Shown here one piece after another: positions 14,575 through 27,260 of a stretch of DNA of 64,000 nucleotides; position 1 is the first letter of the stretch, and each line of letters starts with the position of its first letter. The stretch comes from Octopus bimaculoides (lineage: Eukaryota). The notes beneath the pieces were generated by a model, which saw only the letters and a program-made list of their open reading frames with translations, was not told where the DNA came from and did no database searches. The stretch covers positions 49,021,187 to 49,085,186 of the forward strand of contig NC_068989.1 of NCBI RefSeq assembly GCF_001194135.2, given 5' to 3'. A program made the position numbers and the translations under genes.

Positions 14575-15186
14575 GTCCTTGGGCAAATCAAAGCACTGGA
14601 CCCTATGGTATTAATTTAATGACAGCATGCAACAACACAAATACACTGGAACTCCCCAAGATTCATAAGGCCCTTAGGCAACTGTCCAGTGTGCTCATGC
14701 CTTAAGGCACTGACAACAACCCAAAATAAAAAGGTTTACTCATGTAACACATTAATACTCACAATTCTAAGCATTGTCTCTGAGATACTTCACTGTCAAT
14801 AATGTCATTTTCTCAAAGTAAAGTAGATTTCTTTAAAGTACTGGAAATGTTTAACCTCAAGAATACTAATGACACTTTACGAAACCTAAATACGTCTTTG
14901 TATGGAGTATTCTTATCATAATTATTATGTTAATCAACCTCAGAGCATTGTTACTATTGACTGAATATAAAATATGTAATCTCCTCAATAAATCTACCAT
15001 TACTGATAACCATCCATCTGTGTCATGACATTGCAGCAAATCCGATCATTGATTCTTCCGTAGCTTATTATTATATTAGATTTTGCTGTTCAAAGTAGCT
15101 TGGTTAAACTCAGCTTATGTTCAAAACTAATTTCTTGCATACTGTCCCTTCACACAAAGCCCAGGGAAGAAGAAAGACACACACCA

Positions 15187-15395
15187 TTAACTCTTTAGCA
15201 TTTAATCCAGTCATATCAAGCCCAAATATTCTACCGGTTTTATGTTCAAAGTGGCCAGATCTGGTCTCTCACACCTACAGTACAATAACATTCTAAAAGT
15301 ATGCAATTACATCATTAAATCTCAAAGTTATGAGATAATGCATGATTAATTCAAAACTATGTGAATAAATAAGCATTATATTTGAGAGACTAAAC
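15187..15395 (-). mobile_element. MITE family G (piggyBac-like ends), degenerate
   Basis: ttaactctttagcatttaatcc...ggccagatctggtctctcacacctac...aataagcattatatttgagaga is the reverse of the copy at 52666-52888. Confidence 0.75.
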
Positions 15396-17139
15396 TACCA
15401 AAAAAATGTTGAAATAGACTGAATTTTTGTTATGTAACTTTGATTCCACATTTTGTCCAAGTGAGGAATCTAATAGTGAAAGTCACCTCGAGATTGGTGC
15501 CATAAAAAGAAAAATCTTATTAGGTAAAAACTGGTCAAATTGGAGGTGGATTAATAACTGATATTGTATTCAAATCATCATATATATGTTATTTTAAATG
15601 ACAATTTAATATAGTTCAGATTTCTTAAAAGATCTAAACGAGAGGAATCTAATACTGAAAACTGCCTCAAAGTGGTGCCACTGAAAAGCAAAACCTAGTA
15701 AAGTGACAATCAGTGAAATTTCTTCAGGTTTCGCCTTGAATTTTAAAAGATACATTTCGGTTTTGTACAGCATAGGAAGTCACCAGTCTGATTTCTTTAT
15801 TTCTATCTCTCTTATCCCAAATATTACTGCATTACACAGATCTCTAACTTTTCAACTGATCATGAGCAAAGCAAATTATTTAGATATAAGAATGAAAAGA
15901 AATCTCAGAATATAAAGACATTTAATTTTCCTCCATTCAGTATCAACATTTCATGCCTGTCATTAAAATTACTAATCATATTTTAAATTATATATAATTA
16001 CATATTATTTATTCTGAACTTTATAGCTTGAGTCTCTTGAGACTAAAACTTGGTGTGAACTTTTGGAAATATGCTAAATTATAAAACTTCGGAACCATAA
16101 GAAGTAAGAAGCATGACAAGACATAATAGTAACGACGACAATAAATGTATAAGTGTGCGTGTGTGTGTGTGCATGCATGCATGTGCATATGCGTGTGTGT
16201 GAAGGCTGGAGTGTAAGTATTAATGTTCAGAAATAAAGTAATGTGAAATGTAAAAGATGCTTTTGAGAATATCAAGAATTAATTAGTTCTTGATATTGTT
16301 GAAATGTTAAAATGGGAAAAAATATATTAAAGGAAAAAGAGAAAAGGAAGAAAGAACAATCTGATCAATAATTAACCAATCAAATCAGAGTATCGACCCA
16401 AACCTGACCTTTAACACAATGTCAGAAAAAAAAAACGAAAAAAAAAAACAAGCATGTTTCGCTCATTATTTACATGTGTGTTTGCGTATGTATATGAAGT
16501 ATTGAGTCTGTGACATTGCAGTATTTTAGAATCCAATTAGATAGTTGTCAGAGCCCTGGCAGGTAACATACCTGCTTACTCTCTTCCTCTCACTCTCTCT
16601 TTCTTTGATCCTATTTAATTATTTGAAAATAGTTGTAAAAAATATAATAGAAAGGGTAAGGTCATGTAGAGCACAAAATGTTGGGTAAATTAGTAGTAAT
16701 GGCAAATGAGAAAGACAAGAACTAGAAAAATACAAGATAGAGTTGAAATTTGCTTACCAGGAATGAAGAAAAAAAAAAAAATTTCCTGAGTTATTAGTAG
16801 TAAAAACTAATTTCATTTTGGAATATTTTTACTCATTTTTATGCATTTAGTTTTGTATATAAGTCATGTTTGCACAAGGCCTCAGCATCTGCTTAAATTG
16901 CAAATGATTGCTATTTAAAGGCTAATAATTACTTCCACATTTAAAAAAAAAAAGAAAGAATTAATGAAAGTACTAGAGGTTGCCATGGAAATAATTAGGA
17001 TGAGCTCCAACTATGTTGACTTGTGAGTCGGTAATGCTGAGATCCATATCTTCTCTCAGTTCACTGAATTTGGTCTAAATTTATATGGTCATTATATAAA
17101 TGCTTATATTGGTACCATCAAACTCACTCTTGTTTCATT

Positions 17140-17960
17140 TTCCTCATCACCTTTGTCAACTTTTTCTTACCCCACCTTATAACTCACATGCACCATCTCC
17201 CCAACTTCTGTCACCTTTCTAAACATTTCCATTCACCACCCAATTTTACTGTTACCATTTCAGTTTTCTCTGAAATCACCGACTCCGCCTGCTACCTTAA
17301 TTTTACACCATCCCATCCTGTTCCACTTTTAACAAACTTGCTAGACCTAATCCCAATGTCTTCACCTCTGCAGCCATGACACTAACTTTAAAATTCACTT
17401 TGTCCAATATGCTGAACTGTAGTCAACACTGCCCACATCTCCAACCTTTTGTCCAGTGTCTCATCCACCATCAACTGTTTACTTTCCCTTCACTTACAGT
17501 CCTCACATCACCTTTCCAGTGCACAATTCTATGTCAGTGCTGGCTCTTCCAATTCTCACCTCGTCTCCTTTCATCAGCCACTCCCCTCCTGTAAATGTAC
17601 TAGCAATCTGCATCACTTACTGGTTCACAACTCCCCCAACCTTCCGCACAGCAAATGCAAATCCATCTTTTGTTTGTCCTCCATTGTATATTCCTCCTGT
17701 GCCTACCATTCTCACAGCACCTAACAACTCTTCCTTCCATGTCATGGGCCAATTAATGTCTACTACCAGGAATCTCATTTATTTCACCAAATGCTGACTA
17801 TATGATCAGCTGTAAGTAGATATCTAGTCAACAGGTTTCATAAATACCTTCAGGATGTCCAACAATACAATGCTGTATCAATAGCAACCTGCCACATTCA
17901 TTCACTTTACATATTTCTTTGCACCTCTCCATCTTCAATACTATCCATCATCACAGTTCC
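17140..17960 (+). mobile_element. Decayed Penelope-like element (Neptune-like), RT thumb to GIY-YIG
   Basis: Colinear peptides across frameshifts: FVNFF...TCTISPTSVTFLNISI, TISVFSEITDSACYLNFTPSHP, HSKCKS, TILTAPNNSSFHVMGQLMSTTRNLIYFTKC, RYLVNRFHKYLQDVQQ. These follow PLE motifs F.P.LKFT.TIS.TSLPFLDI / TSVYYKPTDSH.YL.Y.SSHP / TITGP..SF.I...F.C.S.N.IY.I.C / R.L.DRF.EHL.DI. Confidence 0.72.
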
Positions 17961-19227
17961 AGGTAACAATGTAAACAACTTATTCTCCACCTCAGAACAA
18001 CACAACCAAGTCGATTAAGCAATGAACTTGCTTTCCTCTAACTACATACATCCACACATACACTCCAATGTACCGACACATACCAATATACATGACACAA
18101 TATGTTGTTCCATTTTTAACAGCTATGTACAAACCACATTTCACTGCATACGTCACATCTCATGATTGCCATTTAAAGGCCAACAATATGCATGAGTGCA
18201 TACATGTGTATGTATGGGTGTGTACATCTGTATGCATGAGTGTTTACATGAACACAAGTTAATATAAAATGTGGGGTTAGGTTTATGCTGAATCCCTTTA
18301 TGTTTGACAACTTTGCAGATAGAGATGGATAAAATACCAGACTACAGTAAGTATTGGGTAAAGACTTTAAAGATGGTGCCCCATCATGGCTGTGGTTCAA
18401 TAACTGAGAATAAAAGAATGAATATAGTCTTTTAGTTATTTTTATTTACATATCAACAGAGAAATAACTAAAATAAAATGGAGAGAGAGAAAGGTGGTTT
18501 ATAGGTGCTTCAAAGACTTTTTACTAGGAGTGAAAGTTTAGCTCTAGTTTCATGATATTAGATAAGAGATAAAGCTCCCATTGGACAGTTTATCATAGGC
18601 AATAATTCCTCCTGACAGCAAGGGGAAACACAATAACATGCATTACATGAATCAATCTATAATCTAAGATTTTATTTATCTATATGTAGATATTTTTGCC
18701 TACATGCATATATAGATGACTGAATATAAATATACATGACTATGTAGCTGCAAGTAATTTTGGAAGTAATTTCCTTCAAAAACACACACACAAAAAAAAA
18801 AAAAAATTTAAACCCAGTAAGTACATAATAATTAGTTTAATTTTATACTTTCTTAAAATTAGTTGTCAGCCAAAGAAATGTAGTCTGCATGATTAGTGCA
18901 ATTTCCAGTACTGGTCATGAGTACACTGGGTCACTCATGGATCTATGGATCCAGTGCTAATCTGCTGTGACTAGCTGGCAATAAATAATTGTAGGGCCCT
19001 CTTTGCTTTGCTTCTGCTACTGTTAAGAAAGCCCTGCCCATGAACTACTCAGCTAAAGGGCTCCTATGCCAGACACTGTTGAAGGTTTTGGTGATGTAAG
19101 GTTTTATAACAATGCACCAAATGCTGACCATATGATCAGTTGTAAGTAGATATCTAGTCAACAAGTTTCATAAATACCTTCAAGATGTCCAACAATACAA
19201 TGCTGGGTCACTAGCAACCTGCCACAT
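17785..19227 (+). repeat. 113-bp direct repeat pair (17785-17897 and 19115-19227)
   Basis: Aligned by eye with 7 mismatches and no gaps; offset 1330 bp. Confidence 0.9.
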
Positions 19228-19860
19228 AAATGTTTTTAAAGGTAAGAAAATATTGATGCATGACATAAAGAGAGCAAATTTCTTGTAGACCTGGCTCAAT
19301 GGAAACAGCACTGGCAGTCATTGAAAAGGGAAATGCAATGATAATAAATGATGTGCAACAAAGTATTTTGATAAGAATGATGTGCACTCAATTAATTCAG
19401 TCATTAACATATTGTCAGTATTTATGTTAACAGTACCAGCTGTATGAAAAGCAAAACAAATTTATCCCCCGCTCTCAGTCAATTGTGAAACTAGAATCAC
19501 AAATTAATGCATCTTGGCTCAATTCTTCATCACCGTCTGCTGCAACAATTCCACCAACCCTGTGATTTACATTAACATATAATGCCAAAAGCAATGGACC
19601 ATTATAATGTGCTAGACAACAGATTAAGAGATAGCGTTTGATATATTTTACATAAACACACAAACATACATATATACATATGCACTTAAACATATATATA
19701 CACTATGTGTTTCTAGTGAACTGAGTATAATAGATGCTTTAATTAAAAACTGAATAAACACCACTTCAACAATAAATAAACAAACAAAAGACAATAGCAC
19801 ATAAAACAGCCATAGAAGACATGGTTGATTACTCAACAGTTAAAATACTGAAGACAAAAC

Positions 19861-19861
<1 letters not shown>

Positions 19862-19898
<37 letters not shown>
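19862..19898. repeat. (TA)/(TG)n microsatellite
   Basis: Direct reading. Confidence 0.95.
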
Positions 19899-19900
<2 letters not shown>

Positions 19901-20825
19901 CTTTAATGGTTCAGAAAGAACTTCTTTACTAAAGGGTATAATAAAATCATATAGTTTACAAATAAAAGGACACTTTCATTGCTGATGCAGAAAGGTGTGA
20001 GGTAATTAGTGTAAAAAAAAAATGTTTTCAAGATAACCACAAATGTTAGATGTAATATAAAATAATAAAAGTAATTTGATAGTGAATTATATTGCAGTTT
20101 CAGTTAAGATATTAAAAATGAGATGACTGACTAAGTGAATGAGTGTTTTTATCTTCAGAAAAGAACCTCAAATTATTATTCTGTCATAACCATTCCATTG
20201 GTATTTTAATCAGAAAAAGTCAAATGTCTGCAAAGACTTAACTGGTAACCCCCCCCCCCCCAAAAAAAAATCCAAACTATACAAAAATACAATACAATAA
20301 GAGGGGAAAGTATTGATGAAAACTATACAACTAATTAAAAATGAAGGATGGATGTGAATGCTCCTTCATTTGTAAGGCATTACATTTACAGAGTAAAAGA
20401 TACAGATGAAGACAGAAATAATAAAATGAAAAGTATAGAAAAAAAAAGAACAAGGAAAAAATAATGGTTAAAGTTGGATTGCAATTACACTTTTGTTATT
20501 TGCTTCTTCATCTCTTTAGCAGCTGTCAGTAAAGATGAAGCTCGGAAAAAAAGAAAGAAAAAAACATTCAGGTTGTGTGTATAATATATTAAATTCACAC
20601 AAGTATGCCTTTACAATGTTTACAAGTTCTGCAGCTTCTACAATTTAAGTTTTGAACATTTACATTGTATGTAGGAGGATATAGGTTTGGAGAAAGTAGT
20701 GAGGTAATGTCTAGATAATGCTATAGTTATTACAATAATACTGTATTGCAAACATACATATTTGTGTGTGTCTGTGTGTGTATAAAGAGAGAGAGAGATA
20801 GATAGATATGGAAACGTCTACTCTG

Positions 20826-21144
20826 TGGTACTCTGTTCTGTTGGTTATGATGATGAGTGTTCCAATTGATCTGGTCAACAGAACAACCTGCTCATAAAAT
20901 TAACGTGCAAGTGGCAGAGCACTCCACAAACATGCATACCTTTAATGTAGTTTTCAGGGAGACTGAACGTGACACACAATGTGACAAAGTTAACTCACTG
21001 AATTACAAATACAAAACACTTTTGTCAGCTGAGTGGACTGGAACAACATGTTCAGGGACAGAATGTGCAGCCAGATATCAAACTCATGACCTTACATTAC
21101 AATTGTGAACCAAATACTGTAACCACCAAGCCATGAACCTTCAC
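20826..21144 (-). mobile_element. SINE family F, near full length with an internal deletion
   Basis: Colinear with 37180-37506 (ttccaattgatctggtcaacagaacaacctgctcataaaattaacgtgcaagtggcagagcactccac...aactcatgacc...aaccaccaagccatgaaccttcac). Confidence 0.85.
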
Positions 21145-21707
21145 ATATATGATATATATATATATGGAGAGAGAAAGAGAAAGAGGGGTGGTAGAGAGAC
21201 TCAGAGATGAAGTAAGTATTTATGAATTAACTGATTTGGTAAATGAAATCAAGTGTCCCGTTTTGATGAGAGAAAGCTGGAACAGAGTTTGGTCAAAACT
21301 TTCCCCAAACTTTACCACTTTACCCATCAAAAAAAAAAAAAAAGACTTCGTATATCTTCCTAATTATGTAAATTAAAATAACTTAGAATAAAGAGACCTA
21401 TCAAGAATTAAAACTAAACGGCTGTATCAGATTAAAATTTTCAACAATAAGTCATTGACTTATACATTTTGCTTCTAAATGCCCACATATATTCTGCCTT
21501 TATGCACATGTATATATATGTTTAGTGCTGTTGTTAGTTTTGTACTATGGCTTCATTCTTGTGTCTAGATACCTGAACAAAGTGATCTTAGAAGCCTTTC
21601 ACATACATAGTGTTCTAAATGATATCCCATAAGTATGCCAAGCACTTTGTTTTACATACACACATGAAAAAAATCCAGCATCCAAAAACACCTTTTATTC
21701 CATTCGT

Positions 21708-22013
21708 TCATGTATTCACATCTGCTTCTCCATGACAACATGAGTTAGGTGAATATATATTATTTAGACATTGTTTCACTGATGGATGTGCCACCAATCT
21801 TTGTTTTTCATATATTTTCTTCAACTTTTCTCTAAAGAAACTTATGTAAGTCTGCACCAATGGGGAAGATGAAGGGATATCCCAGAATATGATTCCTGAT
21901 AGGAGTTGTGCAGCTTCCAAGTTACAGAGATGACTGGAGCACAATTTCATCTCTGAGACAGAAAACAGATACTCAGGAATTGTTATCTTGTACATATTTG
22001 TGAAAACATCAGC
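21708..22013 (-). CDS. Possible exon of an unidentified gene (101-codon open frame)
   Basis: AG at 22014-22015, then ADVFTNMYKITIPEYLF...LSGIIFWDIPSSSPLVQTYISFFREKLKKIYEKQRLVAHPSV...*. The composition is protein-like, but no family is recognised and the polypyrimidine tract is weak. Confidence 0.3.
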   Translation of the reverse strand, partial: ADVFTNMYKITIPEYLFSVSEMKLCSSHLCNLEAAQLLSGIIFWDIPSSSPLVQTYISFFREKLKKIYEKQRLVAHPSVKQCLNNIYSPNSCCHGEADVNT

Positions 22014-22119
22014 CTGTAATTAACCTGCTATCAACCTACTAAGGCAAGTGGCACTAACTGTGACAACAAGTAAAAATCAATATTCATAATGTACACCAAC
22101 AATCATGACATCCTCTCAC

Positions 22120-22208
22120 CATCTTCCATTCAAATTCATGCAATAGATATATTTCCATGATTTTTCTACTAGACTGAAGGCATTTTCATCAAAATCTCTG
22201 GTTTCTAA
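22120..22208 (-). CDS. Candidate internal exon
   Basis: Strong acceptor (ttttctctatttaaatctttcag) and donor (atg|gtgaga); begins LETRDFDENAFSLVEK. It is 89 nt long, so it does not join the 21708-22013 frame cleanly. Confidence 0.35.
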
Positions 22209-22421
22209 CTGAAAGATTTAAATAGAGAAAATACAACAGAAATTTATGAGTTAAATCACTGCAGTCAAGTATTTTCTAAACACAGTAGGAATACAACCAG
22301 CAATGAAAATACTGAATATTTTTCTTATATCTGAAAAAAGTTATATCAACATAAGTGAGATAAAAACATGCCAAAAATCAAATGAGATATCTGTTTGTTA
22401 TCAGCTCTATAGAGTTCTTAC

Positions 22422-22484
22422 CAGAGGGGAAGCTCGTGTTTTTCCAAGCATACTAACAATGTCAGTGAAAGAAAACTGTTCCAA
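22422..22484 (-). CDS. Candidate internal exon
   Basis: tattag|...ctg|gtaaga; 63 nt, phase 0-0, LEQFSFTDIVSMLGKTRASPL; in phase with the start of 22120-22208. Confidence 0.3.
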
Positions 22485-22805
22485 CTAATATTCAAAACTA
22501 GATTGCCAAGAAATTACTGCTCTGCCATATAAATAATCTAGAATTTATATAAATGTTATGAATGTACAGACATAACAAAGCAAAGACAGAATGACAGAAA
22601 TAATGTATATATATGTTATATTTATATAAATAAAAACTAATACAAAATTTTTTTAAAATTGTTCTTAAAAACTAATTTCTAAAAAAGCACAAACATATAC
22701 AACTAAAAAAAGTCAGACAACTACTGTACTGCTATAACTTCATTAAAATACTTATTGTCAAAGAAATAACATAATCAATATTAATATCCAATTAATAACA
22801 AAACT

Positions 22806-23893
22806 TGATGAGAAAATTAGAATTGACAATCAATTCTCACAGTTTTATCTTAATAATAAAAACAAATCTCAAAAATTAGACGATAATTTGCAAACTGAAC
22901 AATTTCTAAGACTAAATTAACCTTATATGTCTGTATTTCTAAGACAAGTTATTAATAGCATACTAAGCATTGATTGGACTATTAACCTCCTCTTTATTTC
23001 TTTCTTGTGTTTTTTTTTTTGCTTTCAATTTATACTTCATTTTAATCAATATCTTCTCCAAGCATCTTTTGGAGCCATATTATTACTCATATTCATCCAT
23101 ACATAGACACACACATACATGTGTGTTTGTTGCATCTAAAGATTGTGAGAGGATATAGTGATTGGGAAAATGTGTAAATAGAAACACCAAATATGAGCTG
23201 AATAACTTGGCCAAAGTGACAAAAGTCAATTGATTCTCTAGTTCCTTTAAATCAACGAACTCAGTTAAGGTGGCAGAATGCTGTTGATGGATTGTATAAC
23301 ATAAACACATTACAGTTTACAATATTTCTGTTGAGAATATTTATTTCAAACACAGAGACCAGATAATATGCTTGTAATGGCTCAACTTACTAATGATACA
23401 ATATGTAAAATTCCATGAAGATGAACTCATCGAAACAAAAAAAGAACAAAAAGAAAATTATATTATGTATTTAACACACAAAAATACACACAGCATATGT
23501 ATTCTAATTTTTCAAATAGATACATGCATCCCTTCACATTGTCACAGGTGACTAAAAGAATTAGCATCAGAAAGGGCATTCAATGGTAAAACATTGCCTC
23601 AAAAGAATGTTACCTAATCCTTATCAGCATAGAAAAGCAGTCATAAAAATAAGGATGATTTGGTTACACACACACACACACACACACATGTGTGATGTAA
23701 TGGAAGTCTCTTGTAGTCTGAGAAAGACAGTTCTGCAATTTCTTGCTGAACAACCAATACCAATGATGAGAAAATTAGAACTGACAATCAATTCTCACAG
23801 TTTTATCCTAATAATAAAAACAAATCTCAAAAATTAGACGATAATTTGCAAACTGAACAGTTTCAAAGACTAAATTAACTGAATATGTCTGTA
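22806..23893 (+). repeat. 130-bp direct repeat pair (22806-22935 and 23764-23893)
   Basis: tgatgagaaaattagaa...atatgtctgta; 7 mismatches by eye; offset 958 bp. Confidence 0.9.
23119..23280 (-). CDS. Candidate internal exon
   Basis: caacag|cat...cat|gtatgt; 162 nt, phase 0-0, HSATLTEFVDLKELENQLTFVTLAKLFSSYLVFLFTHFPNHYILSQSLDATNTH. The donor lies in a CA/TG run, so it may be spurious. Confidence 0.3.
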
Positions 23894-23894
23894 A

Positions 23895-24095
23895 TTAACC
23901 TGCTACATTAGCTTACTCTCACCATCAAATCGACGTTGTCTGAACAGGTGCACAGTGTACCACACATCAAGTGTCAAAGCGATCACAGAGCAAGGTGATA
24001 TGAATTGTTTCGCTCAAGAATGCAATACAGAACTTGGTCCACGATTTGAAACCACAGTCTTGTGATTGTGAGTGCAACATCCTAAAGACTACAAC
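23895..24095 (-). mobile_element. SINE related to family F (variant body)
   Basis: ...aattgtttcgctcaagaatgcaatac...gatttgaaaccacagtcttgtgattgtgagtgcaacatcctaa matches the tRNA-like head and box seen in family F. Confidence 0.55.
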
Positions 24096-24299
24096 ATATG
24101 CCCTTACACACATACATAAATATATTGTATGTATGTATTATATATATNNNNNNNNNNNNNNNNNNNNNNNNNNNNNNNNNNNNNNNNNNNNNNNNNNNNN
24201 NNNNNNNNNNNNNNNNNNNNNNNNNNNNNNNNNNNNNNNNNNNNNNNNNNNNNNNNNNNNNNNNNNNNNNNNNNNNNNNNNNNNNNNNNNNNNNNNNNN

Positions 24300-24349
<50 letters not shown>

Positions 24350-24415
24350 GCAGGAGTGGCAGCAAAAGAAAGAAAGAGACCTCGATATTATGCAAATAGA
24401 GGAATGTATCTGTAA

Positions 24416-24448
<33 letters not shown>

Positions 24449-24860
24449 CAGTTTGGGGAGTTAGGTGGCCAGATGTTAGGGCTGATGTGGTTTCAGAAAT
24501 TGTCTGACAGCCATGACTAGGTTCTCCAGCTTGTGTGGCATGGTGCAGAGTCCTGTTGCCAGACAAGGTTTATCAGCAGTCACCCTCTTGACTCAAGGAA
24601 GTACTACCTCCTCCAGGTACTTGATGTAGGCCTCTGTGTTGAGTCTGAAGTCGTGTAGGAAAATCAATGGAGGCAGAACGTTACCATCAATAGTGATCAC
24701 TCCAAACACCATAATGTTGACTGGATGCTTGATTTTTATCACTTTCGGTACATGTCCTCTGATTGCACTGTGAAATGTTTGTATTGGAGCTTCCAGCACG
24801 AATGCCAAGCAGTACAGCATGTCATTTCCAAATTTTTGGCAAACTGAATTGCATCAAGGT
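24449..24860 (-). mobile_element. Tc1/mariner-superfamily transposase fragment, DD37D (maT)-like
   Basis: Reads KIKHPVNIMVFGVITIDGNVLPPLIFLHDFRLNTEAYIKYLEEVVLP*VKRV, then after a frameshift VWQQDSAPCHTSWRT*SWLSDNF*NHISPNIWPPNSPNC. These are the QQDSAPCH and WPPNSPD(L/C)NP catalytic-region motifs. Confidence 0.88.
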
Positions 24861-25339
24861 GCTGTTTTTCTCACAGACAGTGCCCAGCTGACCCTACTAT
24901 AATGTGTAGTCAACAAAATCAAAAACAAACAACGCATATGTGTGAAATTATAAAATATAAAATGGCGACTATTTACCCATTGCATCCTGTATATATATAG
25001 AGAGGGTGGGGGAGAAATTGGTAATGTGAAAGAGAGTACAAATGCTGATAATCTTGAGATTAGCTGATGTCTCAATGGGGAATGGAGATGGAGAGAGAGA
25101 GTTGTATCTCTTGCTGTACTTTTATAGACTCTCTAGGCTATATATTTTGATTAATATACTTATTTACTGGCTTTACTGGAGCACCATGTTCAGAGATTTT
25201 AGCCTATGATAGCCACTTCAATCCTTATTTTATCAATCTCTGTTGATTGTATAGCAGATGATTTCCACAAAATTATTAGTATTGTAGATGGAGTGAATCA
25301 GCAGTTATCAAGAATCCAGATTGGATTGTGCATTTATTT

Positions 25340-25460
25340 TATCAAGACTTCTCTCACTACAGAATTTCCTAAAAGAAGCAAACATTAAATTTCTCTTAGA
25401 AATAATTTCTTTCAGCTAGACAATAACATCCTCAATACAAGGTTGTGCCGTTATCTTAAT
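25340..25460 (+). mobile_element. Upstream RT fragment of the Penelope element
   Basis: LQNFLKEANIKFLLE / LRNNFFQLDNNI / IQGCA in successive frames, matching PLE RT IL.NN.F.F....Y.QI.G.AMG. Confidence 0.55.
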
Positions 25461-26059
25461 CAACTCTAATGTCTTACAAAGAATTATTTCATAGATTCTT
25501 ATGAGAAATGAGTTCAGAATAGAAAGACATGAAGAAAAGATGATGCAAAGAATTTCAACTATTCCTCTATTGACTGGTTATCAGTTAAATAATTAACAAT
25601 ATCCAGAGAAACAATTTCTCAGCAGAAGACAGTTTTCTTAACTCATTAATTTTCTAGGTTATTTATATTTTTTTTTTTGTGTGTGTGTGTTTAAAACGTA
25701 TGACTGAATATTACAGTCAATTTATCTAATCTCACTGGAAGCACTTGTTTTATCCACTCTCAAATGACAACAGGCTAATGTTAAAATCATCAAAATTCAT
25801 AATGCATGATTATTGAAAAAAACTATGGTCTAAAATCAAACACTGTCTTCTTTATACACACACATACACNNNNNNNNNNNNNNNNNNNNNNNNNNNNNNN
25901 NNNNNNNNNNNNNNNNNNNNNNNNNNNNNNNNNNNNNNNNNNNNNNNNNNNNNNNNNNNNNNNNNNNNNCACACATATATATATATACATATATACATAC
26001 ATATATATATATACATACACATTCACATATATATATATATATACATATACACAACCTAT

Positions 26060-27024
26060 GCCCATCCACCCAACCTACAAAGGAGATGAGCAGTACCAAA
26101 TTACCATTCCTAGATATAATGGTAATCAAAAAGAACACCACCATTACCACAGGTATATATTATAAACACACAGATACACATCCATACCTGAATTTTAAAT
26201 TATGCCATCCACTGCATACAAAACATAACACCCCATACTGCTTAGCCAGAAGAATCTGTACCACTGTAGAAGATATGAAGATCAGGAATCAGCACCTGAT
26301 GGAACTGAAAGAATTTCTGTTCAAACAAAAATACCTGTCACTACTCATAGAAAATGGTATTCACCGGGCTATAAAAATACCCACATGACAACTGAGGACA
26401 ACACAAAGAAGAGAAAAACAAGAACAAATCATACCATTTATAGTGACACACAATCCATACCACAAGAACATTAATATCGCTAAAGCAAACTTACCAATCA
26501 TTGCTCAAAGTAAAGAATTAAGAAATATCATTACAGACCAAACTATAACTCTCAGTAAAATACAGCCTAAAAGCTTGAAAAAGTTATTAACAAAGGCAAG
26601 GTTTGACCTTACCAACAAAGACCAATCATTCACTGTGTCTAAATGCAATGATAGCCGATGCGGTACATGCCAATTAATTTATACCGGCCCATATGTGAAC
26701 ATAAAAACAGGGAAAATGTTCACAAACGAAAATATGAACTGCAAAAGCAGAAATTTAATCTACTGAATCAAATGCCTGAATTGTGAAGAACTGTATGTTG
26801 GCCAGACAGGCAATGCACCATCAGAACAATCATGTGTACACCGACAACAAATTAAAAAACCAGAAGTTTGTGAAATACCGCTGAGTAACTACCTAGTAAC
26901 ATGTGGACAGAAAATATTTATGATATTTCCATTTCATAAACTATACAATCCAAATGAAATCGAGAGAAAACTGAAAGAAAAGGACTTTATTATTAAATTC
27001 AAAACCAAGCTTAATAAACAATGA
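26060..27024 (+). mobile_element. Penelope-like element: RT thumb, Cys-rich linker and GIY-YIG endonuclease (pseudogenised)
   Basis: A single frame 26086-27024 with two internal TGA: LPFLDIMV...IYYKHTDTHPYLNFKLCHP..TKHNTPYCLARRICT...KCNDSRCGTC...NLIY*IKCLNCEELYVGQTG...HRQQI...RKLKEKDFIIKFKTKLN. Confidence 0.95.
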
Positions 27025-27260
27025 TAAAAAATAATCTTATTTAAGGTTTAAAAGTGTTATCCCAATATCTAAAAAAAAAAAATCTCTAAAAAGTACTGCT
27101 GTCATTGTTTCTAAAAATAAACACTGAAAAATGGTATGGAATCATTTCTAAAAATAGCCAAGCAACTACTACTGCTATCCACATGAATGTATATAAAGGA
27201 CAAAATTTAACCAGTCAACCACAGTTGAAATCAATGAACACAACTGTCACCACCACCATA

